14,538 nt of DNA from Promethearchaeota archaeon (GCA_048941265.1 JBHLNT010000101.1:1-14538), one strand, 5' to 3'. Positions 1-8,902 are shown, numbered from the stretch's first letter. Notes: generated by a model not told the origin, from the sequence alone. Translations and numbers: made by a program.

Positions 1-657
1 TTTTTCTCTTAATATTAATTCCAGGTGTTCATTTTCGATGGTTGTAAGCGATATTGAATCGATATTTTCGTCAAAAATCTTAACTAGCATTTTTCCGGTA
101 TTTATCATTAGCGGCACTAAAAAACTGATATCTTCTTTATTAACATATTGTTTTGCATAAATATATAACACGTTCCCATCAAGTGGATTGAGTAATATGA
201 ATGCTTTTAGGATATCCTTGTCATCAATTCGTACTATATCATATTGAATCAAATCCATCCCAAAATCATTTAAAATCTGGTTAAATATTCCGGAGAAGTT
301 GCGAAAAGATGCAACAGATCCATCGAATTCTCTATCTAATTCTTTATTATACAAATCAACAAAAGAATCCATAATTACATGGACAATAGAATGAAGCAAT
401 CCAATCATCTTATCATTTTTTGTAGTAATTATGAATATTAACTTTTGAAAAAGCTTTTCATATTTTTCGAAAATGATTGTCGATTCTCTTAGTTTTATAG
501 ACTTTAAGTCCTCTCCTCTTTCAAAAGTGGCAAAAGAATTAAGAGCAGTAAAAAAACCACTAATTAAATTATCTTGGTCTTCTCCAGAAACTCCTTCAGG
601 ATGCCAGCCAAATAAAAGAAGACCTGAATCATTAATTATAAGTAAATCTTCTATCAT
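1..657 (-). CDS. Tandem longin/roadblock-like domain protein (partial, runs off the left edge; not in ORF track)
   Basis: Manual translation from ATG at 657 is open for 219 codons to position 1: MIEDLLIINDSGLLLFGWHPEGVSGEDQDNLISGFFTALNSFATFERGEDLKSIKLRESTIIFEKY...FVDLYNKELDREFDGSVASFRNF..., then DILKAFILLNPLDGNVLYIYAKQYVNKEDISFLVPLMINTGKMLVKIFDENIDSISLTTIENEHLELILREK. The first part matches the 'IIxxSGxxL...LISGFxxALxxFA' pattern typical of Asgard longin-like domains. Confidence 0.8.
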   Translation of the reverse strand, partial: MIEDLLIINDSGLLLFGWHPEGVSGEDQDNLISGFFTALNSFATFERGEDLKSIKLRESTIIFEKYEKLFQKLIFIITTKNDKMIGLLHSIVHVIMDSFVDLYNKELDREFDGSVASFRNFSGIFNQILNDFGMDLIQYDIVRIDDKDILKAFILLNPLDGNVLYIYAKQYVNKEDISFLVPLMINTGKMLVKIFDENIDSISLTTIENEHLELILREK

Positions 658-699
658 ATTAAGCTATATATTTATCATACAAATAAAAAAATTATTTAA

Positions 700-2364
700 T
701 TAAATGAAATTTATTAAAGATTCTAAATAATTTTCTGGCTTTTCATAACCGAGTAAATTAAGAATTGTGGCAGCAACATTTCCTAAAGCTGGTTCTTGAA
801 GGTTTTCATTAATTCTGTATTTGTCTGTTATATGGTACATATCATAGTATCCAGAGTCTACTATGGCGAACATTACGGGATTTAATGTATGAGCTGTTTT
901 GTATTGCATCATTTCGTCAATATTTCCATGATCTGCCGTAACTACTGTGATTCCTCCTAATTCATTCACAACGTCTACTATATCCTTAACACAGCTATCA
1001 ACAGTCTCAGCTGCAATAATAGCGGCGTCTATATTTCCTGTATGACCAACCATATCACCATTCGCAAAATTTACTCTTAAAAATTTATAATTTCCTGATA
1101 AAATTGCGCTTTCCAACTGTTTCTTTACCTCAAACGCTTTCATTTCTGGTCTACTTTCAATAGTTTCCGCGGGATCCGATTTGATTTCCATACAATCTTC
1201 ACCTTTGATTTTAATATCCCGATTTCCTCGCCAAAAATAAGTAATGTGTCCATATTTATGAGTTTCTGCGATCGCAAATTGTTTAATTCTCTCGGCTGAT
1301 AGATAATCTGATATGGTATTATGTATTTTGGGGGGATCTATGAAATAATTTTTAGGAATCATAAGTTTATCGTCATATTGCAACAAACCATAATACTCTA
1401 CTTGAGGATTACATTTTTTTTCAAATTCTGAAAAATCCTCCTCATCAAATGCTCTCGAAATTTGAATGGCTCTATCTCCTCGAAAATTGAAATATATCAC
1501 CGCATCGCCGTCTTCCATTTTTCCGATAGGAAATTGAGATTCATTTACAACCACGAAGGAGGGTAAATATTGATCTATTATATTAGGATCAATGATTCTT
1601 GCTTGATTTACCGCTTCTCTGGCAGAAAAAAAGTATCCTTTATATCCAGGAAACCTTTCGGGGATTCCACAAACATGTGCTTCCCAGCCTCTTCTGACCA
1701 CATCCCAATCTGAATTATATCTATCCATAGTAACTCTCATCCTACCACCTCCAGATGCGATTTTATAATCAAATTTTCCAGCTTCCGTAATATTATTAAG
1801 CACTCTTTTTAATTCTTCAATATATAAAGTAGCCGATTGAGGAGGAACATCTCTCCCATCAAAAAGAGTATGAATTCTTACTTTTTTGATGTTAGAATTT
1901 AACAATCCATATAAGATGCCAAACAAATGAGAGATATGGCTATGAACATATCCATCAGATAATAATCCAATCAAATGAATTGTCCTATTATTATCAATTA
2001 TATGATTAATAAGTTTTAACCACTTTTGACTATTAAATAAAGTTTTGTTCTCAATTGCCTCCTTCGCTAAAAGAGCTCTTTGTTTTACGATATTTCCGGC
2101 TCCAAAAGCATTATGTCCTACTTCACTGTTTCCCATCTCTTCATCTGATGGTAATCCCACAGCAGTTCCATGTGCTTTAAGTTTTGTATATAAATTTATC
2201 TTCGTACATTCTAGTTTTAATTTGTCCAAAAATGGAGTATTTGCTAAATAAAAAGCATTATTATTATCCTCCTTTCCAATTCCTATCCCATCCATAATAA
2301 TTAAAACGAGAGGACCTTCTCGACCGGAAAATCTTGCTAATTTTTTAAGATTTAAGCTTGCCAT
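700..2364 (-). CDS. gpmI: 2,3-bisphosphoglycerate-independent phosphoglycerate mutase (iPGM)
   Basis: Motifs LIIMDG, MGNSEVGH (phosphoserine), DGRD, MDRY, FNFRGDR, AETHKYGHITYF, NFANGDMVGHTG, TADHGN, TAHT; 554 aa. Confidence 0.96.
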   Translation of the reverse strand: MASLNLKKLARFSGREGPLVLIIMDGIGIGKEDNNNAFYLANTPFLDKLKLECTKINLYTKLKAHGTAVGLPSDEEMGNSEVGHNAFGAGNIVKQRALLAKEAIENKTLFNSQKWLKLINHIIDNNRTIHLIGLLSDGYVHSHISHLFGILYGLLNSNIKKVRIHTLFDGRDVPPQSATLYIEELKRVLNNITEAGKFDYKIASGGGRMRVTMDRYNSDWDVVRRGWEAHVCGIPERFPGYKGYFFSAREAVNQARIIDPNIIDQYLPSFVVVNESQFPIGKMEDGDAVIYFNFRGDRAIQISRAFDEEDFSEFEKKCNPQVEYYGLLQYDDKLMIPKNYFIDPPKIHNTISDYLSAERIKQFAIAETHKYGHITYFWRGNRDIKIKGEDCMEIKSDPAETIESRPEMKAFEVKKQLESAILSGNYKFLRVNFANGDMVGHTGNIDAAIIAAETVDSCVKDIVDVVNELGGITVVTADHGNIDEMMQYKTAHTLNPVMFAIVDSGYYDMYHITDKYRINENLQEPALGNVAATILNLLGYEKPENYLESLINFI

Positions 2365-2496
2365 TTAAATTTCATTTTTAACTATTCTTATATCTAAGCA
2401 TTATATTATAATTTTTAATATAATAGTTTTGATTTGAAAAAATAATGACTAAATGGATTAATCTAAGATACCTAGTAAAAAGAAACAAGATATAGT

Positions 2497-3153
2497 TTAT
2501 TTGATAATTGAATATTTTTTCTTCTTTATCATGACAACAATAATAGATAAGACTGCCAATATTATAAATCCAATAAAGAAATTTCCCATAGGGATAACTC
2601 TTAAAGTATTTTCCACTTTTACTAAAACAATGCCGTCTTTATTTTCATACGTTTCTGAGAGTAAAACTCCGTTTGCATCATATTCAAGAATCCTATTATA
2701 GTCAGTTTCTCTTATAGTAACTTTTTGACCCTCCACCAGATAATTTGATGGTAAATCCTTACTAGCTTCTTCAAGATATTGATCTACAGGGGTCGGTAAA
2801 AATATATTATCTCTGAAGTTACCAGGATTATCATAAACTTGTTCATATATAATCGCACCATCCTCATCCCAATCATCTTGAAAATCCCAAAATTCTACAG
2901 TTACATACCATCCATCTTCATTTTCCTCAACATCTTGTACAATTCTACGAGTTTTATCACCATTTTCGAACGCAGGTTCAAAACCAAAAACACGTTTAAA
3001 TTCGTATTTGTTTAGTTCTGTAATTTCCCATACAAAAGTATCGTCTTCCTCAACTTTAAAGTCATAATTTTGAGCGTAAACTTCAACACTCATAAACAAC
3101 GTAAAAATATTTACCAAAAGGAAACAGAGAAAAAATAATTTCTTATATTTCAA
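2497..3153 (-). CDS. Secreted/surface protein with N-terminal signal peptide and C-terminal membrane anchor
   Basis: TTG start. KYKK + hydrophobic stretch + VYA cleavage-like site; acidic core; C-terminus IPMGN + TM helix + KKKK. Confidence 0.75.
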   Translation of the reverse strand: MKYKKLFFLCFLLVNIFTLFMSVEVYAQNYDFKVEEDDTFVWEITELNKYEFKRVFGFEPAFENGDKTRRIVQDVEENEDGWYVTVEFWDFQDDWDEDGAIIYEQVYDNPGNFRDNIFLPTPVDQYLEEASKDLPSNYLVEGQKVTIRETDYNRILEYDANGVLLSETYENKDGIVLVKVENTLRVIPMGNFFIGFIILAVLSIIVVMIKKKKYSIIK

Positions 3154-3281
3154 GATAAATCTAATTTTTTGATTATTATTTAGAATTATTATTTGTTATA
3201 ATTTTTAAATAATTTAAAAATTATTTAAATTTTAAATTAACAAATTATATCTTAATTACATTTATTAAAAATGATTCTAAT

Positions 3282-4697
3282 ATGAATAAGGAAGAAATTT
3301 GCTTTTTGTCTGCTTGTGATATAGCAAAAAAAGTAAAAACTCAAGAATTAACCTCTGTAGAAATCACTGAAGCTATCATTGAAAGAATTGATAAAATTAA
3401 TCCTATTATTAATGCGTTTTGCATACCTACTTTTGAATTAGCCAGAGAAATGGCTGAAAATGCGGATAAAATCGTGAAAAAAGGAGGAGATATCCCTCTC
3501 TTAAATGGGATTCCTACAAGTATTAAGGACTTAATGCAAATCGCAGGAATTAAAACTACTTATGGTTGTAAATTCTATGAAAATTTTGTCTCAGAACGGG
3601 ATGAGACAACAGTTAACCGGTTAAGAAAAGCTGGAGCAGTATTTTTGGGAAAAACAAACACCCCCGCTTATGGACATATAGCAGTAACAGATAATATGAT
3701 TTTTGGTACTACTTTAAATCCTTGGAACCTAGAAAGAACATCTGGTGGTTCAAGTGGTGGAGCTGGAGCCGCAATAGCCTCAGGATTAGGACCTTTAGCA
3801 TTAGGGTCTGATGGAGGAGGATCAATCCGAATTCCTGCCTGTTTTTGTGGAGTATTTGGTTTAAAACCCTCATTTGGAATGGTGCCAAGAGATCTTCATG
3901 GCACTATTGGTTGGGCAACATTAGATCATTACGGACCAATTGTGAGATATGTGAAGGATGCAGCATTGATGCTTGATTCTATCAAAGGTCCTGATGAATC
4001 TGATCGATATACTTTACCTAAACGTCAAATTAGTTATCTGAATCAAATTGAAGATTTTCCAAAAAAATTAAGAGTAGGATATTCATTAAAACTTGGATTT
4101 GTTAAAGCTATTGATCCTGAAGTAGAAAAAAGTGTTTTAAATGCTGCTCAAAAATTTGAAGAATATGAATGGATTGTTGAAGAAGCAAAAATAAAAATAA
4201 AAAAACCAGAATTGGCTTTTAATACAATAGTGACAGCAGGTTTCGGTTATGACCTTCAATCATTTTTGAAAGAACGAGAAAAATTAGATGGAACGTTAGT
4301 TAAAATGATTGAGGCTGGTGTAACTTATAGTGCCTTAGATCTAAAACGAGCCGAAGCTCAAAGGGAAGATATCTTTAACGTGGTATCTAAACATTTCGAT
4401 AATTTTGATATTTTAATCACGCCCAGTACAGCTGTACCTGCGTTTGGATTAGGTATGATGTTTCCCCCGACAATTGCTGGAAAAGGAGTCTCTCCAGTCG
4501 CATGGATGTCATATACTTATCCATTTAATATGACAGGAAATCCAGCAGCGTCTATTCCATGTGGATGGTCAAGCGAGGGATTACCAATTGGCATGCAAAT
4601 TATAGGGAGACGTTTTGATGATCTCACTGTTCTTCAAGTTTCTAAAGCATTTGAAGATAAAGCTCCATGGCAGGATAAAAAACCAAAACTAACTTAA
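3282..4697 (+). CDS. Amidase signature (AS) family amidase
   Basis: GIPTSIKD (catalytic Lys), GKTNTP, NPWN, SGGSSGGAGAA (cis-Ser), GSDGGGSIRIPA (nucleophilic Ser), GLKPS, PFNMTGNPA, GLPIGMQI. Confidence 0.93.
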   Translation: MNKEEICFLSACDIAKKVKTQELTSVEITEAIIERIDKINPIINAFCIPTFELAREMAENADKIVKKGGDIPLLNGIPTSIKDLMQIAGIKTTYGCKFYENFVSERDETTVNRLRKAGAVFLGKTNTPAYGHIAVTDNMIFGTTLNPWNLERTSGGSSGGAGAAIASGLGPLALGSDGGGSIRIPACFCGVFGLKPSFGMVPRDLHGTIGWATLDHYGPIVRYVKDAALMLDSIKGPDESDRYTLPKRQISYLNQIEDFPKKLRVGYSLKLGFVKAIDPEVEKSVLNAAQKFEEYEWIVEEAKIKIKKPELAFNTIVTAGFGYDLQSFLKEREKLDGTLVKMIEAGVTYSALDLKRAEAQREDIFNVVSKHFDNFDILITPSTAVPAFGLGMMFPPTIAGKGVSPVAWMSYTYPFNMTGNPAASIPCGWSSEGLPIGMQIIGRRFDDLTVLQVSKAFEDKAPWQDKKPKLT

Positions 4698-4712
4698 AAT
4701 TTTTTTTTCTTA

Positions 4713-5804
4713 TTAAAATGATTTCATGTTAGAGGTCGTGATATAGGATGAGTCCCCGATAGTAATGTTTTTCTTAATCAAATCTTCTAGAATTGAATAA
4801 TCTCCTATAATACTTTCTGAAGAGATAATTTTTTTCACATGTGCACCATCACCTATTACACACTCTGATAAAATACATTTATCAACAATAACATTATCCC
4901 CAAGAGAAACATTAGGTCCTAAAACGGAATCATTAATTCTTACATTCTCACCTATAAACACGGGAGGTACAATTTTAGAATCTATTATGTTGCTTGAATT
5001 GAATAAATTTTCATAAAGCGGATCTATTAATTTTAATTCTGCTAATAAATGCCTATTTCCCTCTAATAAGCTTTCTGGTCTGCCAAAATCGAGAATTTCA
5101 CCTTGCATTTCATTAATAGTAAATTTCACGCCTTCTTCAATGAGTTGTTCTAAAACTGGAGTTATTTGATGTTCTTGTCCATTATCGAGAGGAATTTTAC
5201 TTTGTTCTTCTAAAAGTTCGAATAATCTTGGCATGATTTGCTTTCCGAATAAATAAGCACCAGATACCGCATAATCTGAAATAAAATCTTTTGGTTTTTC
5301 AACAATCTGAGTTAAATACTTGCCTTCGTTGTCTAAAACTATAACACCATAAAATTCTGGGTTCTTAACTTTTTTTACATTAAAAATACCGTCACACTCT
5401 TGCTGGTGAAAATTCAAGACAATTGAAGTATAATCATCTATAGGAAGTCTATCACTGAAAAATATAAAACAATCATCATTTTCGGCAAATTTTCTTGATA
5501 ATAAAATCGCATCTCCCAATCCTGAAAAATAAGGTGTTTCGGCGGTATAACCCAGCGGTTTTTGTTCTATAAAATGTAGATTAAAATAATCAGAGTAATT
5601 CTGAATCAAGTATTCAGAAATTTGTCTTTTTTTATAACCAACTATAAAGCAAATATTAGTACCTTGCGGAAAAGTTCTTTTCAGTTTTAATAAGATATGG
5701 TCAATTAATCGCTTTCCCGCAATTTTTAAAAAGGCTTTTGGTTTAGAATAAGTAAAAGGTTGTAAACGTTTTCCTACGCCCGCAATCGGGCAGATTAACC
5801 ACAT
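4713..5804 (-). CDS. Sugar-phosphate nucleotidyltransferase (RmlA/GCD1-like) with C-terminal left-handed beta-helix
   Basis: AGVGKRLQPFTYSKPK, EQK...GLGDA, YGV, IVEKP, DFGRPESLL, and hexapeptide-like repeats (PVFIGENVRI, GPNVSLGDNVIV). Confidence 0.9.
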   Translation of the reverse strand: MWLICPIAGVGKRLQPFTYSKPKAFLKIAGKRLIDHILLKLKRTFPQGTNICFIVGYKKRQISEYLIQNYSDYFNLHFIEQKPLGYTAETPYFSGLGDAILLSRKFAENDDCFIFFSDRLPIDDYTSIVLNFHQQECDGIFNVKKVKNPEFYGVIVLDNEGKYLTQIVEKPKDFISDYAVSGAYLFGKQIMPRLFELLEEQSKIPLDNGQEHQITPVLEQLIEEGVKFTINEMQGEILDFGRPESLLEGNRHLLAELKLIDPLYENLFNSSNIIDSKIVPPVFIGENVRINDSVLGPNVSLGDNVIVDKCILSECVIGDGAHVKKIISSESIIGDYSILEDLIKKNITIGDSSYITTSNMKSF

Positions 5805-5909
5805 ATTATATTATATAAAATAAGATAAAATAAAAAGTATATCTTGAATTAAATAAAAAATTTATAATTACAATTTTGATATAAATTAATTAAAAATTAT
5901 TACAAAAAA

Positions 5910-6920
5910 ATGGCAATAATAGCGAAGACTCCCGTAAGGATAGCATTTGGAGGAGGTGGTACAGATGTGGAACCTTATTCTTCAGATTATGGAGGATATG
6001 TTATTAATAGTACGATTAATTTATATTTTAGATGCCTTTTTACTAAGCGCGAAGATAGTTTGATTAATATTTTTTCTAATGATAAATTTTCCACTCATAA
6101 ATTTGATACTATCAAAATTTTAAAGAAAAATTATCAATGCTCTAATTTATTTGAAGCAGTATTTAACTTAACAAAACCTAATTTTGGAATGGATGTGTAC
6201 GTGCACGGAGAACCTCCTAAAAAGGCAGGCTTAGGGGCTTCAGCAAGTGTGTGTACGTGCTTAATTTCAGGGATATTAAATTTAGAGGGAAAAGAAATAA
6301 ACTTAGATAGTATAGCTGAGCAAGCATATTTTGTTGAACAAAATATTTTAAAAAATATTGGAGGGCGTCAAGATCAATATGCCGCGGTCTATGGAGGATT
6401 TAATGGTTTAACGTTTTTAGGAGATTCTAATATCATTATTAATAAGTTAAAAATTCCTTATTCTTTTAAAAAAGAAATCGAAAGAGGCCTCATATTGTTT
6501 TACACGGGATTGCCTCGCACAAGCGGCAATATTGTACAAGAACAAGTTAAATCATATTTAAAAAATAAAGAAGAATCAAAAAAATTCTTAGATAAATTAA
6601 AAGAGATTGCATATCAAATGAAAGATGCACTATTATCTGAGAATTTTGATAAGTTTGGAGAGCTATTAACTCAAGATTTAGAAATTAAAACAAAATTCAA
6701 TCCCCTACTTACTACAGACTATATGAAACAATTGAATAATTTAGTACTAAGAAATGGAGCCATAGGAGGGAGGGTATGTGGTGCTGGTGGTGGAGGTTGT
6801 ATGATATGGCTACTAAATCCAGGAGTTAAAGAAAATATAAAATCCTTATTAAAAAAACAAAAAGGAAAATTAATCGAGTTTAATTTTGTTGATAATGGTT
6901 TAGAAATATTAGATTTTTAA
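5910..6920 (+). CDS. GHMP-family sugar kinase, HddA-like (heptose-7-phosphate 1-kinase family)
   Basis: PVRIAFGGGGTD, PPKKAGLGASAS (ATP loop), GGRQDQYAAVYGG, GAGGGG. Confidence 0.88.
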   Translation: MAIIAKTPVRIAFGGGGTDVEPYSSDYGGYVINSTINLYFRCLFTKREDSLINIFSNDKFSTHKFDTIKILKKNYQCSNLFEAVFNLTKPNFGMDVYVHGEPPKKAGLGASASVCTCLISGILNLEGKEINLDSIAEQAYFVEQNILKNIGGRQDQYAAVYGGFNGLTFLGDSNIIINKLKIPYSFKKEIERGLILFYTGLPRTSGNIVQEQVKSYLKNKEESKKFLDKLKEIAYQMKDALLSENFDKFGELLTQDLEIKTKFNPLLTTDYMKQLNNLVLRNGAIGGRVCGAGGGGCMIWLLNPGVKENIKSLLKKQKGKLIEFNFVDNGLEILDF

Positions 6921-6927
6921 ATTCTGA

Positions 6928-7446
6928 TTATAATTCTAAAATAACTTTCAAAAGCTCATAATAATTTGCTTCATTTAATTTTTCGCCGATAGTAGATTTT
7001 AATTTTCTTAGATAATAGTTATCTGAATTTGTTCTCTTAGCCCCATTAAGTTTCTTATTAATTGCAATTCTTGTTCTTTCATCTAAAAATTTCGGAGGAA
7101 TTTTTCTAAATTGTTTAATCAAATGTACTTTAGTATCATTCAATTGCAGTTCTTTATTTCTTAATGTTAATTTTCTATTTAAATTTTGGATCTTTACTGC
7201 AATTTTATCTAAATCTCCTTTTAGATAAGTTCTTTGATTCATCCAATTTTTAAATTCAATTATGTCGCTTATTATACTGTCAGTTTCTATTTTATCGACT
7301 TCTTCTTCTCTATTCTTTTTTTTTAAGTCTTGGATCTTTTTCTTTTTTAATTCCAGGACCTTTTCTTTTGGAAGTTCTTTATACAATTTTTCTATTTTTT
7401 CGCGTTTTTCTTTAGAATCTTTCGATAACCACTTTTCTATCGACAT
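6928..7446 (-). CDS. Hypothetical Lys-rich, helical protein
   Basis: 172-aa ATG-initiated ORF filling the gap, with A-rich codons like neighbouring genes; no recognisable motif. Confidence 0.7.
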   Translation of the reverse strand: MSIEKWLSKDSKEKREKIEKLYKELPKEKVLELKKKKIQDLKKKNREEEVDKIETDSIISDIIEFKNWMNQRTYLKGDLDKIAVKIQNLNRKLTLRNKELQLNDTKVHLIKQFRKIPPKFLDERTRIAINKKLNGAKRTNSDNYYLRKLKSTIGEKLNEANYYELLKVILEL

Positions 7447-7924
7447 TTTATTCCCTAATAATATAACATGTTATTTCTAAAAATTAGTTCATTATTAAAT
7501 TATTAACAATTGCACATCTTAAATAAACAATTTAAAGTCTTTATGTCAACTAAGAGTCCCAAATTTTCACATAAAGATATATCGAAGATCACTATTGTTC
7601 TGTTATATGATACGAAAAATGAATTATTCTAATCCATTTATTAATTCTTAATCTTTTAATTAGATAACAAGTATAGATTTTTATACTTTTTTGAAAAAAA
7701 TATACATTAATGCAATTTACTTACAGGAAATCTTTTCAAACAAAGATTCCTCTCGACGGTAAACTGAAGATTGTCTAACAAGGTAAGATAGGCATTTGAA
7801 TCTTAGCACTAACCAAAAGGCAAAAGTCAGGGTGTTGGCAGGGATCGCTTTTCTTCTTATTCATAAAGATTTAATATCATCAGAGTTAAGTTAAAATTTG
7901 GAAATAACTTTTATGATCTAAGGT

Positions 7925-8698
7925 ATGAATATTAAAGGAATCATTTTTGACTTTGGATTCACATTATTTAATTTCCGAAATGTAAGTATGGAAACATATA
8001 TGGATGCTTATAAACGAGGATTACAGAAATCCATAGCTATTCTAAAAAAGCAGGATATTTTTAAGGATCAAGAGAATATCGATAATTTCAAAAAACTTTT
8101 TAAGCGAAAAAGAGCCTCATTTTTTCAAAAAAGCTTAAAAACAAAAGAGGAATTTCCAACAACTCTTATTTTTAAAAAGGTACTAGATCTGATGGCAAAA
8201 AAAGAATTAATTCTCGATCTGGATGATAAAGGCGATGATTTTTATTTTGAACTCGCCAATTTATATCACTCCGGAGAAGCGGAAGAATGGATCCCCTTTG
8301 AATTTACAAAAAAAACGTTGGATAAGTTATATAATTTACGTGAAATTAAATTAGGTGTTTTATCTAATCATCCCCATCATCCATTAATTGAAAATCTTCT
8401 AAAAAAATATGATTTGTACCATTATTTCGATGCGGTTGTGACATCTGCTTTATATGGAAAAAGAAAACCTGACCCTGGAATTTTTCATTATACATTGAAG
8501 AAAATGGGATTAGAAGGTAGTGGAGACTCTTGTATTATGTGCGGTGATGAGCCAGCTGATATTGTGGGAGGTCATAGAGCCGGAGTGCAGACAATTTTAT
8601 GTGAACGAATCTATAAATTTCCTATTGAGAGAGAATTTAATGTACCTAATGTGATCGAAATAAAGGATATTTCAGAAATCTTTGATCATATTGCTTAA
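7925..8698 (+). CDS. HAD-superfamily hydrolase (subfamily IA-like)
   Basis: IIFDFGFTL (motif I, DxG variant), LSN (II), KRKPDPGIF (III), GDEPADIVG (IV). Confidence 0.9.
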   Translation: MNIKGIIFDFGFTLFNFRNVSMETYMDAYKRGLQKSIAILKKQDIFKDQENIDNFKKLFKRKRASFFQKSLKTKEEFPTTLIFKKVLDLMAKKELILDLDDKGDDFYFELANLYHSGEAEEWIPFEFTKKTLDKLYNLREIKLGVLSNHPHHPLIENLLKKYDLYHYFDAVVTSALYGKRKPDPGIFHYTLKKMGLEGSGDSCIMCGDEPADIVGGHRAGVQTILCERIYKFPIEREFNVPNVIEIKDISEIFDHIA

Positions 8699-8761
8699 GA
8701 AAAAATATGGAAATTAAAAAAAAATATATTGTTACACACACACTCTCATTTTCTCTATTAA

Positions 8762-8775
8762 AATAGTTTTAAATA
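8762..8775 (+). promoter_or_regulatory. Putative BRE/TATA promoter element, copy 1
   Basis: AATAGTTTTAAATA contains the archaeal TATA-like TTTAAATA; an identical 14-mer lies upstream of the paralog at 9644..9657. Confidence 0.5.
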
Positions 8776-8902
8776 ATATTTGTGTTTTTAACTGTTTGAG
8801 TAATTTCCTTAAAAATTTCCTTATATAAAAAAGAAAATATTGGAATTTTTATCGAAATTAATTGAGATATTATTAAGAAATGTACTAGAGATTGGTGTTC
8901 TT

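Noticed and set aside
473-703. 76-aa + strand ORF
   Set aside because: Antisense shadow of the longin-like gene (<1..657, -).
2045-2701. Short + strand ORFs 2045..2251 and 2501..2701
   Set aside because: Antisense shadows of gpmI and the surface-protein gene.
3282-4697. Amidase as GatA
   Set aside because: It lacks the GatA-type SSNLARYDG segment and there is no adjacent gatB/gatC, so it is called a generic AS amidase.
7262-7480. 72-aa + strand ORF
   Set aside because: Phe/Ser-rich antisense shadow of the Lys/Glu-rich gene 6928..7446.
7543-7632. 29-aa + strand ORF MSTKSPKFSHKDISKITIVLLYDTKNELF
   Set aside because: Short, no motif or clear initiation signal; cannot be supported.
7720-7860. 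Known RNA families (SRP, RNase P, 5S, SECIS, riboswitches) or stop-codon readthrough
   Set aside because: No diagnostic consensus found by eye, and reading through the TAG gives nothing protein-like.
8734-8743. (AC)5 microsatellite
   Set aside because: Too short to be meaningful.
8840-8902. TTG-initiated N-terminal extension from the ORF track
   Set aside because: Paralog alignment and the SD-like GGTG favour ATG 8903.
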